From Parcubacteria group bacterium (GTDB taxonomy: Bacteria > Patescibacteriota > Minisyncoccia > UBA10092), in NCBI GenBank assembly GCA_016186325.1, contig JACPLW010000005.1, positions 17,191 through 81,190 of the forward strand: 64,000 nucleotides of DNA, written 5' to 3'. Below the pieces are notes generated by a model. That model was not told the origin of the DNA and searched no databases. It saw only the letters and a list, made by a program, of their open reading frames with translations. The translations under genes and the position numbers were made by a program. Positions 28,268 to 38,354 of this stretch are shown piece after piece (position 1 is the first letter of the stretch; each line of letters opens with the position of its first letter).

Positions 28268-28878
28268 AATTTATCATTTTCGTGTTGATGATCCATTTCA
28301 ACTACCGTACTGTAAAGTGAAATCATAATTACCACGCCGACTAAAGATAAAACACCAACAATAATAAAAAGATTTTGAAAACCCAGGCGTTCCGCTAAAA
28401 TACCTCCTATGGCAGCCGCGCCTGCTGCCGCAAGACCGACACCGATATTTTCTAAAGTCCATTCAGTACCTTCTTTTTCTTTATCGATATGACGCGTAAA
28501 AATCGCATACCAACCCGGATTGGCTAAGGCACCGCCAATACCCAAAATAACCTGGGCTAAATATAAATGAGCGGGTGTTTCTACAAACAAATAAATAAAA
28601 GGTACGATACTTACCAGTGTTGAGCCGGCAACCATAAAAAGAAAATCGTCTCTTTCGCCCTTGTGGCGATCTATATAGCGAGCCACAGGCATCTGCGCTA
28701 AAGCTCTCGTCAATAAGTTGATTGTGGCGGCAAATCCTACGGTAGTAATAGTGGCGCCGATAATTTGATTCGTAACGAAAATAGCAAAAATAGGGCCGAT
28801 TAACCCGAAGGCGGAAAAAAACATTATATCACCCAGCACTAAAGTTCTTATTACTTTATTAACTAATGATGTAAACAT
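28264..28878 (-). CDS. Small polytopic membrane protein (MFS-like half-transporter or fragment)
   Basis: About six predicted TM segments and a basic loop (ARYIDRHKGERDD) resembling MFS motif A. Confidence 0.3.
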   Translation of the reverse strand: MFTSLVNKVIRTLVLGDIMFFSAFGLIGPIFAIFVTNQIIGATITTVGFAATINLLTRALAQMPVARYIDRHKGERDDFLFMVAGSTLVSIVPFIYLFVETPAHLYLAQVILGIGGALANPGWYAIFTRHIDKEKEGTEWTLENIGVGLAAAGAAAIGGILAERLGFQNLFIIVGVLSLVGVVIMISLYSTVVEMDHQHENDKL

Positions 28879-28900
28879 GTATTTTATTCTAACACATTAG

Positions 28901-28972
28901 CGTCCCTGCGAGGAATTGAACCTCGATCTCAGCCTTCGGAGGGCTGCGCTCTATCCGTTGAGCTATAGGGAC
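28901..28972 (-). tRNA. tRNA-Arg (anticodon CCG)
   Basis: Reverse complement folds as a cloverleaf: acceptor GTCCCTA/CAGGGAC; D-arm GCTC-AACGGATA-GAGC; anticodon stem CAGCC/GGCTG with loop CTCCGAA; T-arm CGAGG-TTCAATT-CCTCG; discriminator G; no encoded CCA. Confidence 0.8.
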
Positions 28973-28987
28973 TTATAAAGAACGGAT

Positions 28988-30157
28988 TCAAAAAACGTTA
29001 TACCAGATTTCAAGCGCTGCTCCCAAAACCGCAAACAATCCGATGGCATAATAAGTAAAATTTGGTAAGTTAATTTCGTAAGCCGGTTTTATTTCCGACG
29101 TTTTTGATTTTTTATGAATCAATAAAACCGTAACTGCTTGAAAACCAAAAAACACCGCCCCAATAAGACCGATTATAGTTATAAAATTTCTAGCGCCCAA
29201 TAAAAATAAAGATATCGGGATCAAGCCGGTCAGAAGCCAGGCGAGCCATTTATTTAGTTTAAAGTCATACCATAAAGTTTCCTTAAAATATACGCCATGG
29301 CTTAGCGAGGCGCCGGCAATAGCGAGAAGGCCCAAGAGCGATCCAAGAAATAAAATGCTTCCGGAGTTTAGAGCGCGCGCCAAACCAGATATGGCATCAG
29401 CGGAGGTAAGAGAACCGGAAACGCCGACAACGATAAAAATAAAAGCCAAATAAATAATTGGCGGAATCAGCGTTCCATAAAGTATTGCTCGTTTTAATTT
29501 ATTTTTCGTAGTTCCTAAAATGTCTTCCATCTCCGGTATCACGGCGTAGCCCGTAATGGCGAATAATATGATGCCGTAAGGCAATAATAAATTTTTTATA
29601 TTTATCTCTTTAAAATTTTCTGGATTTACGTAACCGGCGCCCAGTAATGAAATTATAACGATTATAAAAATTATAATGGAACTTACGAAAAATTCGGCCC
29701 GACCAAAGATTTTCGGTCTGGCTAAAACCGCGAAAAACCAAAAAAAGAAAAAGGTTAATGAACCCCAGAAAGCGCTTTTGTTAAAAATCAAAGCAAGAAA
29801 TTCGCCGCCCAATATTATATAAACAAGCAACACGCCGGCGCTCCCCAATAAAACGGAAATTTTAACAGCCCACTCCCATCTCGTTCCTAAATACTCTTTA
29901 GCAAATCCAACCAATCTTTTTCTTCCTTTAGTCCTTAATGCAATTTCTCCCAGAATCTCTTGAATTATCAATACCATTAAAACTAGTAAAATTAATTCAA
30001 AAAATCCAATTAAAAATCCTGAATGAAAAAAGGCAAATGGCAAACTAAAAATGCCGGCGCCAATAGTAGTGCCGACAAGAGCAAAAACCGCTAACCAAAA
30101 ATTTTTATCAAGTTTATTAATCATCACAATGTTCACCAAAAAAGATGCACCCATCAT
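28988..30157 (-). CDS. Amino acid permease family membrane transporter
   Basis: About 11 TM segments; an N-terminal GTTIGAGIFSLPFAF motif typical of amino-acid/aromatic amino-acid permeases. Confidence 0.5.
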   Translation of the reverse strand: MMGASFLVNIVMINKLDKNFWLAVFALVGTTIGAGIFSLPFAFFHSGFLIGFFELILLVLMVLIIQEILGEIALRTKGRKRLVGFAKEYLGTRWEWAVKISVLLGSAGVLLVYIILGGEFLALIFNKSAFWGSLTFFFFWFFAVLARPKIFGRAEFFVSSIIIFIIVIISLLGAGYVNPENFKEINIKNLLLPYGIILFAITGYAVIPEMEDILGTTKNKLKRAILYGTLIPPIIYLAFIFIVVGVSGSLTSADAISGLARALNSGSILFLGSLLGLLAIAGASLSHGVYFKETLWYDFKLNKWLAWLLTGLIPISLFLLGARNFITIIGLIGAVFFGFQAVTVLLIHKKSKTSEIKPAYEINLPNFTYYAIGLFAVLGAALEIWYNVF

Positions 30158-30439
30158 AACTTAAAAAAACAACGAAAATCAATTTGGCCGCGACTCTCAC
30201 TGACAATCGGACTGTGAATAAGAAGAATCATAAGCATTAATCACCAAGGTCGTTGTGACCATAAGAAACAACTAAATCATTAAGTCACATCGCGCTACAT
30301 TTGCCTTAATGAGGCAAAATCCTGCGTTATGTGTAAATAAAATAAAAATCTAACCAGGCCTTTATTTTATAAGTTAGAATATTCCACCGGCGAGGCCTTG
30401 ACACGATTTTTTGATTTTAAAGTAAATCCACCACTTGTG

Positions 30440-30930
30440 GATAACTCCAACATGTCGCTTACCGGGAAGGGGCCCCGCTTTGCGGGGCAAAGCAAGAATC
30501 GAAGTCCGACCTTGCATCAGACTTAATAACATCTTCTTAACAATCTTTAAACATTCTGTTAACAGCATATAAACATGGAAATAAATAATAAATAATTCAT
30601 TTTCCTCGCCCCGTATACAACTTGTTGTTGTACGGGGCTCGCGCGCTCGCTCCGCCAGCTCTTCGCTCGCTGTCCGATGAAAGCGTTTTACCCCGCCATG
30701 GCGGGGACCATGCTAAAACGCTTTCATAAGTTTCGGAAAATAATTTATTTATCATTTCTCCACTCAAAAACAAGTGAATTCGGGCTCAGTTATTTTTTGA
30801 GGCAGGATATATTTGTTCTCGAGCGGGGTTATGAGCGCGAAGCGGGCATGGTGTCCCGCGAAGCGGGACGAGCGAGCGCGAATCCCTGAGCGAGCATCCC
30901 GCAACTGCGGGGAGCGAGGAAAGCGAGAGA
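30440..30930. repeat. Non-coding island packed with GC-rich palindromes/hairpins (element nest or structured RNA)
   Basis: Contains ggggccccgctttgcggggcaaagc, ccccgtatacaac...gtacgggg, atgaaagcgtttta-ccccgccatggcgggg-taaaacgctttcat, tcccgcgaagcgggacgagcgagcgcg and atcccgcaactgcgggga. Long-range complements (tttcctcg with cgaggaaa; cgcgctcgctc with gagcgagcgcg). No ORF above 70 aa. Confidence 0.5.
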
Positions 30931-31166
30931 ATAAATATATTCTGACGATAGAAGTACGTGAGGAAAATGATTTATTTGTTATTTCTTTGCTATTTCCAAG
31001 AATGATATAGGCGGGCGAAAAAATATTAAATTCGGCTATAATAAACGTCGCGACATGATAACTTCTATCCGCCCGGCTGGCAGATAAAATTTAGCCATGG
31101 TAGCCGCTTAGATGGCAACACATGGCCTAATGACGGAGTAGAAATGTGGAAAGCAGTCACTTAAAT

Positions 31167-31781
31167 TTAAGCAGCTTCTTTTTCGTTACTATCCAGCAGA
31201 TTAAGAATTTGCTCTCTTTCAGCATTTTCCATTTTTCGTATCGGTAAAATTAAATATGGCGGTTCAAAAGGCAGAAAAAACGTTTTCTCTTGGCGGGTAT
31301 CGGGTTGGAATTTTTCTTTCATTTTAAGAGTCTCATCTTCTTGCAAGCTTGACAGTTCTTTTAAAATCTCTTTCTGTAGCCAGTTTTTCGGCGCCTCTAT
31401 AAAAGAGGCGCTCGATTTTTCTTTGTTAGATAGGCCGGGACTTTTTATTATTTTTGAGGAATCATTGTATTTTTGTAAAAGATTTTCGCTTTTTTGAAAA
31501 GCATTTTCGTGTTTTTGGACATATTTTATTTCTTTTTTCGAAGATAGCGCATCTGATATAAACTGGTTTGAAAGTTTATTTTTAGCCGTAGAATGATTGG
31601 GGTCAGAATATTTTTTAATATATTCAAGAACCCATTCACTGGTTGTAATATAATAACTACCCAATTTCTTACCCTTGAGCTTGTTTTGCCGAATCATTAA
31701 GCCCAAATGGTCGCGAGTATAGCCGTAAAGCTGGGCCGCTGTTTTAAGCGATAAATATTTCACAGAATCATTGGTTTCCAT
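31167..31781 (-). CDS. Excisionase-type HTH domain protein with low-complexity C-terminal region
   Basis: N-terminus LSLKTAAQLYGYTRDHLGLMIRQNKLKGKKLGSYYITTSEWVLEY is paralogous to the partial gene at 1..1090. Confidence 0.45.
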   Translation of the reverse strand: METNDSVKYLSLKTAAQLYGYTRDHLGLMIRQNKLKGKKLGSYYITTSEWVLEYIKKYSDPNHSTAKNKLSNQFISDALSSKKEIKYVQKHENAFQKSENLLQKYNDSSKIIKSPGLSNKEKSSASFIEAPKNWLQKEILKELSSLQEDETLKMKEKFQPDTRQEKTFFLPFEPPYLILPIRKMENAEREQILNLLDSNEKEAA

Positions 31782-31992
31782 AAGATCCTAAATTAATATA
31801 GTTATTTTAAGCAGTTTATACAATTTAGGCAGTTGTGATATCTTAATAAAATGGCTGAAATATCTGAAAAATCTTATCGTAAGAGCGATATGAAATAAGT
31901 CCTTTTTTTATTATACCAAAAAATGAAAGCTCCGTATCGCCGGATCTGTGGACAACTCCAACATTCGATTTGCGAAGTCGGAGCTATTATAT

Positions 31993-32331
31993 TTAGAAAC
32001 TAACTTCAAATTGTCGTTTTACCAGGCCGTATGATCCCAGCGACTTGATAGTAAAGTTTGGATAACTACCGGTCACAGTTGTCGAAATTGAAGCACCATT
32101 AGACATTGTTGGCGACGGAACTGGTGCGCCCTTTCTGATTTGGTATAATTGCCATTCAATCCCGGAATCGGCCGCATAGATGGCAATGGTTGAGTCTCCT
32201 GTATCGCTGGCTAGTTTTACCTGAGTAGCAACTATATTGGCAATTAAACCCGCGACCAATAAAACAATGGAGGAAATGACAACCGTCAAAATAAGAGCGA
32301 TGCCTGATTGATTTTTATTTATTTCTTTCAT
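31993..32331 (-). CDS. PilX-like minor pilin / pilus assembly protein
   Basis: N-terminus QSGIALILTVVISSIVLLVAGLIANIV resembles PilX; last gene of the pilin cluster. Confidence 0.4.
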   Translation of the reverse strand: MKEINKNQSGIALILTVVISSIVLLVAGLIANIVATQVKLASDTGDSTIAIYAADSGIEWQLYQIRKGAPVPSPTMSNGASISTTVTGSYPNFTIKSLGSYGLVKRQFEVSF

Positions 32332-32900
32332 GATTGTATAAATCTTTCACTGATTGTAGTTTGAATCTTGGAGTTAACAGATTGATTGCCGACCTTACTT
32401 GTAACACCGGTTGTTATTGTCACTCGAGGTTGCAAGCCGTCTCCTGCCGTCTGTCCTATTAAATAAAAATTTAAATAATCAACCGTTACTTCCGACCCAA
32501 CCACTGAAAAGTAACTAGACCCCCCATTGGAGGATTTTTCAATGATTCGATTGTTTAGCCGATAGATAACCGATTCACCCCTGGCGTTTGTAAATGAAAG
32601 AGAATTAACGCTCCCGCCAAAATTTTTGCCGGTTCTGATTTCCCGTGCCATTGATTCAATGGTAAAACGAACATTATCGCCAACGTTGCGCAAAGCAATA
32701 ATGCGCCGCTGGTTAATTGTCGCTAAAATAAAAATCCCCAAAACAACGGTTACAATCAAACCGAATATGCCGGTAGCAACCATTAACTCTATTAAAGTTA
32801 AGCCTTTTTCTGCCGTATTTTTTTTAAATTTTTTACTTAAAAACTTCATAACGTTAGACAAATCATTATTTCCAATTAAATAAATGTTCCTCAATGACAA
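32328..32900 (-). CDS. Type IV (pseudo)pilin with prepilin leader
   Basis: Class III signal GLTLIELMVATGIFGLIV (G then hydrophobic helix with a Glu). Confidence 0.6.
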   Translation of the reverse strand: MSLRNIYLIGNNDLSNVMKFLSKKFKKNTAEKGLTLIELMVATGIFGLIVTVVLGIFILATINQRRIIALRNVGDNVRFTIESMAREIRTGKNFGGSVNSLSFTNARGESVIYRLNNRIIEKSSNGGSSYFSVVGSEVTVDYLNFYLIGQTAGDGLQPRVTITTGVTSKVGNQSVNSKIQTTISERFIQS

Positions 32901-33375
32901 CGGAATACGACTGATTTCTTCTTTGCCAGCTTAGAGTAGAAATAACTCTTATTTCATAGCTTGAAAGGTTTAGGACTGAAATTTTTCGTTTAAAAATCGT
33001 TTGACTGCTTCCGGCCGAATAATCATAAACGCCATTTGAACTATTAAGCCTAAGGAATACGTCATTATAGGGACTTAACGAAAGCGAATTATAGGCAACA
33101 TTATAATCTCCGTTCAATAAACCGTTATTCCATGATAAGTTTTGAAGCCAATTATTATCTCTTACATTTCTTACGACTTCTATGCCTTCTGCGGCTAAAT
33201 TAGAGGCTACCAGCCGATCACCAAAATTTGACGCCGAAACTAACGAGCTGTTTATAAGTGTTAACGATGAAACAAGCGCTGTTACAATAACGCCCGTAGC
33301 CACAATTGTTTCAAGCAGAGTAAAGCCTGATTCTTTTTTGTTACTTATAAAATAATCTTGACTTATTTTTTTCAT
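32866..33375 (-). CDS. Type IV (pseudo)pilin with prepilin leader
   Basis: SGFTLLETIVATGVIVTAL. Confidence 0.6.
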   Translation of the reverse strand: MKKISQDYFISNKKESGFTLLETIVATGVIVTALVSSLTLINSSLVSASNFGDRLVASNLAAEGIEVVRNVRDNNWLQNLSWNNGLLNGDYNVAYNSLSLSPYNDVFLRLNSSNGVYDYSAGSSQTIFKRKISVLNLSSYEIRVISTLSWQRRNQSYSVVIEEHLFNWK

Positions 33376-33400
33376 AAATTTAGCCGATACATCTAAAAAA

Positions 33401-34027
33401 TCATTGAAAAGAAACTAAACCGGCTTTATTAACATTTACTTTCCGTGTTGCGGAGTTTTTATTCATTAAAACTATAGTTACTAAAGCTTGATCTGGGGTA
33501 AATCTTACGATTGGATCGGGTGGCGTAAAAACCGCATCCGACAAATTACCGCTTAAACTGCTTATTTTAATCCCTGATTCCAAATTTATCGTCTCAAAAT
33601 CTTCGGTGCCATTGGCGGCTCTTATGAAATCTCTATCCGAACAATCAGGCAAGACCGCCGAATCGGCAAAAATGATGTAACTTGTTGAATTAGCGCCCGT
33701 AAAGTGAACGCCCCAGCCGCAGGGAATGCCGCTAGTTTTATAATTTTTAGATGAAAGCGCAAAAGATTGGGTGCGACGTAAATCCAAAGATAGTTTTTGA
33801 GCCGAACGAAAAAGCGCCGAATTTTGCTTTTCGAGTCCAATATTAAAAATAACGATGGCAGAAATTACAACAATGACGGAAACAACAACCATAATTTCAA
33901 TAAGAGTGAATCCTTTACTCATCCCGTTAGAAATTTTATATTGATTAATCAATTCGTTATTAAGTTCAGTAATTATTTTTACTCTTAAAACTGAGAAAAA
34001 TGGAAATAGATTTCTAACGGGACTCAT
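33401..34027 (-). CDS. Type IV (pseudo)pilin with prepilin leader (long N-terminal extension, or an internal start)
   Basis: KGFTLIEIMVVVSVIVVISAIVIF. Confidence 0.55.
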   Translation of the reverse strand: MSPVRNLFPFFSVLRVKIITELNNELINQYKISNGMSKGFTLIEIMVVVSVIVVISAIVIFNIGLEKQNSALFRSAQKLSLDLRRTQSFALSSKNYKTSGIPCGWGVHFTGANSTSYIIFADSAVLPDCSDRDFIRAANGTEDFETINLESGIKISSLSGNLSDAVFTPPDPIVRFTPDQALVTIVLMNKNSATRKVNVNKAGLVSFQ

Positions 34028-34448
34028 ATATTATTGAGATTTTATCGCCGTCTTGCAGGAAGATTTCATACGGCTTTAACATTTTTTTGCCGTTTAAATA
34101 CCAATACCATGATTTTTCACTGTTTTTAACAAAGCTTTCAATGGCCGAAAGATTGCTTTTCTCATCAAGCCTGTAAGAAAAATCTCCGGCCTTTGATGCT
34201 TGAATTAGCGTGTCAATCGGCGTTTCGTTTTTGACTATGTCGCCCTCAAAACTTCTTATTTTACCGTTCCCAAAATCAATCGTTAAAACTACACTGCCAA
34301 TAATTTCCATTTTTAGCTGATCGGCCACCGGGACAATTAACTCTTTTTTAAGAGAAAAGCCGACAACAAAACCAACGACAGTTAAAAGCAAGACGGCGCT
34401 TAGCATTAAAAAATAATCGTTATTTTTTTGTTTTTTTATGTTAGTCAT
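34014..34448 (-). CDS. Membrane-anchored hypothetical protein within the pilus locus
   Basis: Single N-terminal TM segment; no recognisable domain. Confidence 0.3.
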   Translation of the reverse strand: MTNIKKQKNNDYFLMLSAVLLLTVVGFVVGFSLKKELIVPVADQLKMEIIGSVVLTIDFGNGKIRSFEGDIVKNETPIDTLIQASKAGDFSYRLDEKSNLSAIESFVKNSEKSWYWYLNGKKMLKPYEIFLQDGDKISIIYESR

Positions 34449-35243
34449 CTAAAAAATGATAAAGCTTAATATTAAATCCGACAGAAAAAAAGCGATAATA
34501 GCGCCTGTAACCAAAAACGGTCCGAAAGCAACTTGGCTTTTTAGGGTCTTCTTGCCAAGCCCTACTAAGATTATACCAAATGTGGCGCCAAAAATAAAAG
34601 CCAGCGTTAAAGCAACGGCAGTTGATAAGGGATTTAAAAATAAAGCGATTAAAACAGCCAGCTTGGCATCGCCAAGGCCCATAGCCTTGCCATGAGAAAA
34701 ATAAAAAAGCAAAAAGAAAAATAAAAACGCGATTACGGCAACTGAAAGCGGCCAAACAAGTATTTCAATATTTTGAAATTTGAAAGAGTTAAAAACGTTA
34801 TATAAAAAAACAACGATAGTAACCGGATAGACGATTTTATCGGGAATAATTTTCCATTTAAAATCACAAACTGCGATAACTAAAAGCGCTGAAAAAATTA
34901 AAATTTCATAAAATGTATTCAGCAATTGGAAATTAGAAATTGGAAATTGGAAATTGTCGAGATTCTTGCTGAACACTAAAATCCATATCAGACCGGAAAG
35001 AATCTCGACTGTGGGATATTGCCAAGAAATCTTTTTACGGCAATACCGGCAACGACCGCGAAGGTACAAAAAACTTAATAAAGGCATTAAATCATACCAC
35101 TTTAAGCTGGTTCTACATTCAAGGCACATTGAACGGCCAAAAAACCCACTCTTCAGTTGAAGGGTGGGTTTTTTCAAGCGGTAAATAACAACGTTTAGAA
35201 AACTGCCAAAAACTAAGCCCAAGATAAAAACTAGATAAGACAT
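34449..35243 (-). CDS. pilD: Prepilin peptidase (A24 family)
   Basis: N-terminal tetra-Cys region (CLECR...CRYCRKKI); polytopic with conserved Asp-containing segments (AVCDFKWKIIPD; GLGDAKL). Contains an in-frame heptamer tandem repeat. Confidence 0.8.
   Translation of the reverse strand: MSYLVFILGLVFGSFLNVVIYRLKKPTLQLKSGFFGRSMCLECRTSLKWYDLMPLLSFLYLRGRCRYCRKKISWQYPTVEILSGLIWILVFSKNLDNFQFPISNFQLLNTFYEILIFSALLVIAVCDFKWKIIPDKIVYPVTIVVFLYNVFNSFKFQNIEILVWPLSVAVIAFLFFFLLFYFSHGKAMGLGDAKLAVLIALFLNPLSTAVALTLAFIFGATFGIILVGLGKKTLKSQVAFGPFLVTGAIIAFFLSDLILSFIIF
34928..34955. repeat. Heptanucleotide tandem repeat (ggaaatt/agaaatt)x4 inside pilD
   Basis: ggaaattagaaattggaaattggaaatt; encodes LDNFQFPISNFQ on the minus strand. 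Confidence 0.6.
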
Positions 35244-35273
35244 GGATCAAGTTTAGGCTTCGCGCTTTAGGAT

Positions 35274-35846
35274 TTATTGAGCAATATCGTAACAGGCCTT
35301 GCCGGCAACGCCGCCACAACTTGCCGTATCGGCACCGGCAAATCCGGAGGTGTAGGCACTTGTATAAGGGCAGGCGCTACCGGTTGTGGAAGTACAATCT
35401 CTATCCTGGTTTAAAAGTAAACTTGTAGTGTCTTCTAAACTGGTGCCAATATGATATGACTGCGGGCCAATAGTGCCAGCGGGCGTATAATACGCATACC
35501 AATAACAGTTATCGGAATTGGCAGTGCAAACCGTGCCTGTAGGAGACAAAGGATCTTGCGGCCATGTTGCTATTTCGCCATTTGTAACTAAGTTACCCAA
35601 TACAGTCGGATATTTGCCGTTTTTGCCATAATAATCCTCTACAGCGGTTTGCAATGTTCTGACATCGGCAATTCTTTTGGTGTCTCGCGCCCTCTTTCTG
35701 GCGCCGGTGAGATTAACAACAATAATAGACGCCAAAAGGCCTATAATACCGATAACTACCAAAAGTTCCAGCAAAGTAAATCCTGCTTGCTTTTCCGGAG
35801 AGATAGATGTTGGGTATTTTTTATTTGATTTTTTAAATATAAACAT
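35274..35846 (-). CDS. pilA: Major type IV pilin
   Basis: AGFTLLELLVVIGIIGLLASIIV prepilin signal; Cys-rich C-terminal globular domain (disulfide-bonded D-region); directly upstream of pilD. Confidence 0.7.
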   Translation of the reverse strand: MFIFKKSNKKYPTSISPEKQAGFTLLELLVVIGIIGLLASIIVVNLTGARKRARDTKRIADVRTLQTAVEDYYGKNGKYPTVLGNLVTNGEIATWPQDPLSPTGTVCTANSDNCYWYAYYTPAGTIGPQSYHIGTSLEDTTSLLLNQDRDCTSTTGSACPYTSAYTSGFAGADTASCGGVAGKACYDIAQ

Positions 35847-35879
35847 AAATTTATTTAATAATGATTAAATCGACCTTTT

Positions 35880-37112
35880 TTAGAATGCGTTAACTAAATT
35901 ATATATCGGCAAAAGAATTGCCGCAACTAAGATACCCACACCCGCCCCCAGAACAACAATTAGAATCGGCTCAATAAGATTAACGATATTGTCAAACGCG
36001 CGGTTAACCTCTTCTATAAAAAAAGTTGCAACTTGTTTTAAAATCGTATCTATTTTCCCGGTTTGTTCGCCAATTAAAATCATTTGAGTGACCATCGGCA
36101 GAATCTCGGAATGTCGGGCAAAAACAACGCTGATGGTACTACCCTTTCTTACTGCCTCATTCGCTTCAAGGATAATGCGCTTATAAACCGCGTTCCCGAC
36201 AACATCGGCAGTTATTTCAAGAGATTGGGAAATGGCAATGCCGGCTGACACGAGAGTTGATAATGTTTCCGCGAATCGCGCCAAATAAATTTTTTTAAGA
36301 AGCGCTCCAAAAATGGGCAAACGCAACTTAAGACCGTCAAACGTATAATGCCATTCGGGTGATTTTTTTATCGAAATCCAGCCGAAATAACCTAAAATTC
36401 CCAAAGCAAGAAAAACAATCCACCCCCATGTTTTAGTAAAATTAGAGGTGCCAATCAAAATTCTGGTAACAAGCGGCAACTGTTGGCCGGATTCCACCAA
36501 TATGGAAGTTATATTCGGAATAACAAATATTAACATTAACATACCTACTAAAATAAAAGCGGCAAGAATGAAAGCCGGGTAAATCATGGCTCCCCTGGCC
36601 TTAGCGTTTAAAAGGTATTGGCGACTGATGTAATCCGCCAAGTAGACAAGCGTCTCTTCAAGACGGCCAGAAATCTCTCCGGATCTTACCATCTGAATAT
36701 AAAAATTTGAAAATGCTTTTGGATACTTAGCGAGCGCTCGGGAAAAAACCATTCCGGCATCAACATCATTTGCAATACCGTCAACAACTTGAGAAAAATA
36801 AGGATTATCTATTTGCCTGGACAAAACTCTCAGTGACTGAACCAAAGGAACCTTAGCGGCAATCAAGACCGCTAACTGTTTTGTAAAAAGAACAATGTCT
36901 TCGGTTTTTATCCTACTGAAGAATAGAGATACTATCTGATTTAATCGCGCAAGCGTCAACCGTTCCTCCGCTTCTTCAAACGGTTTAACTTCCGTAATTA
37001 TTAAGTGTTGATTTTGTAAAACAGAAATCGCCGCCTCAAGTGAGGGCGCTTCGACAAAATCAGATTCAACTTTGCCTTCCGGCGTTCTAGCCGTGTATTG
37101 GAATTTAGGCAT
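35880..37112 (-). CDS. pilC: Type IV pilus assembly platform protein (GspF/PilC family)
   Basis: Two T2SS-F-like repeats with three TM segments; about 410 aa. Confidence 0.8.
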   Translation of the reverse strand: MPKFQYTARTPEGKVESDFVEAPSLEAAISVLQNQHLIITEVKPFEEAEERLTLARLNQIVSLFFSRIKTEDIVLFTKQLAVLIAAKVPLVQSLRVLSRQIDNPYFSQVVDGIANDVDAGMVFSRALAKYPKAFSNFYIQMVRSGEISGRLEETLVYLADYISRQYLLNAKARGAMIYPAFILAAFILVGMLMLIFVIPNITSILVESGQQLPLVTRILIGTSNFTKTWGWIVFLALGILGYFGWISIKKSPEWHYTFDGLKLRLPIFGALLKKIYLARFAETLSTLVSAGIAISQSLEITADVVGNAVYKRIILEANEAVRKGSTISVVFARHSEILPMVTQMILIGEQTGKIDTILKQVATFFIEEVNRAFDNIVNLIEPILIVVLGAGVGILVAAILLPIYNLVNAF

Positions 37113-37244
37113 CCCCCACCCTTTCTAAATAAATTTTAAACGCGACCTTTGTTTGAGGTTTGTAATAATTATCATTAAATTTAATATATTTTTTCTTAGT
37201 CATAGTTTCAAATTAAAAAAGCGAAATTTAGAAAGGGTGGGGGA

Positions 37245-38312
37245 TTAATGACTAATCATCGTTTGAAACTCTGCCGGATTTGAGGCGTAGGCCATCGCCG
37301 TTTCGGGCGCCACTTCACCGCGACGAACCAACTCCGCCAAGCTGTGATTTAAAGAAATCATACCACTTTCTAGCGAAGTTTCAATTACCAAATCAATTTG
37401 ATGGGCCTTATCTTCCCGAATTAGGTTAGAAGTGGCGTTATTACTAAACATTACTTCAGTTGCCGGTATCCGACCTCCGGAAATTTTTGGAAGAAGCCGC
37501 TGGGAAATTATTCCCGAAAGCGCGTTGGCAAGTTGCGAGCGTATTTGGTTTTGTTGGTCCGCGGGAAAAACATCAACAATTCTGTCAATGGTCTGACTGG
37601 CGCTATTGGTATGAAGAGATGAAAACACCAGATGCCCGGTTTCAGCCGCGGTCAGAGCCGACGCAATGGTTTCCGGGTCGCGCATCTCGCCTATCATTAT
37701 AACATTTGGATCTTCTCTTAGAAGAGAGGCAAGGGCATTATAAAAATTTTTAGTATCAGAGCCTACCTCTCTTTGATTAACTAAAGACTTATTGCCAATA
37801 AAAAGATATTCGATCGGATCTTCAATTGTAATAATATGTTCGGCGCGTAAATTATTTATTTCGTCAATGATAGATGCCAAGGTGGTTGACTTACCATGGC
37901 CGGATGGACCGGTAACCAAAACAAACCCTTGTTCTAGCTTTGAAATTTTATGGATTACGGCCGGCAAGTTTAGTTCTTCAATAGTTTTGATTTTTGAAGG
38001 AATTAATCTTAAAGCCGCGCTGGTAAAGCCCTTTTCAAGAAATACATTTACCCTAAAACGCGCTTTATCCTTAAAATTGTAAGAAAAATCAATCTCTTTT
38101 CTTTCGAGAAATGCGTCTTTTTTTTCGCCTAAAAGAAGATAAGCCAAATCGGCAGAATGTTCTTCTGTTAAAATTGAAAATTCTTCAAGCGGCGTAAGAG
38201 CGCCGTCAATCCTTAAAATCGGTTTGTATCCTGTATTTAAATGTAAGTCTGAAGCGTTGAATTTTAACGCGCTTAACATTAAATCTTCTAATTCCTGCTG
38301 GATGGTTGGCAT
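37245..38312 (-). CDS. pilT: Twitching-motility (retraction) ATPase PilT
   Basis: Walker A GPSGHGKSTT; Asp box and His box; length about 355 aa typical of PilT. Confidence 0.8.
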   Translation of the reverse strand: MPTIQQELEDLMLSALKFNASDLHLNTGYKPILRIDGALTPLEEFSILTEEHSADLAYLLLGEKKDAFLERKEIDFSYNFKDKARFRVNVFLEKGFTSAALRLIPSKIKTIEELNLPAVIHKISKLEQGFVLVTGPSGHGKSTTLASIIDEINNLRAEHIITIEDPIEYLFIGNKSLVNQREVGSDTKNFYNALASLLREDPNVIMIGEMRDPETIASALTAAETGHLVFSSLHTNSASQTIDRIVDVFPADQQNQIRSQLANALSGIISQRLLPKISGGRIPATEVMFSNNATSNLIREDKAHQIDLVIETSLESGMISLNHSLAELVRRGEVAPETAMAYASNPAEFQTMISH

Positions 38313-38354
38313 GTTTTATAATAAATAATTTAGAATTTTAACAAGATTTTATCT

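Noticed and set aside
30440-30530. Possible RNase P RNA or SRP RNA in the GC-rich island (GAAGTCCGAC resembles the P4 GGAAAGUCCGG; CGGGAAGG resembles the SRP CGGAAGG)
   Set aside because: The partner strands and other universally conserved motifs (ACAGARA/CCCGGCUUA for RNase P; the GNRA-capped GGAAGCAGC helix 8 for SRP) could not be found in a consistent arrangement. Left as an unidentified structured region.
28264-31781. Possible integrated mobile element next to tRNA-Arg (tRNA as att site, excisionase-type HTH gene at 31167)
   Set aside because: No integrase, recombinase or direct repeat of the tRNA 3' end was found. The intervening genes (membrane protein, amino-acid permease) look like ordinary cargo-free chromosome.
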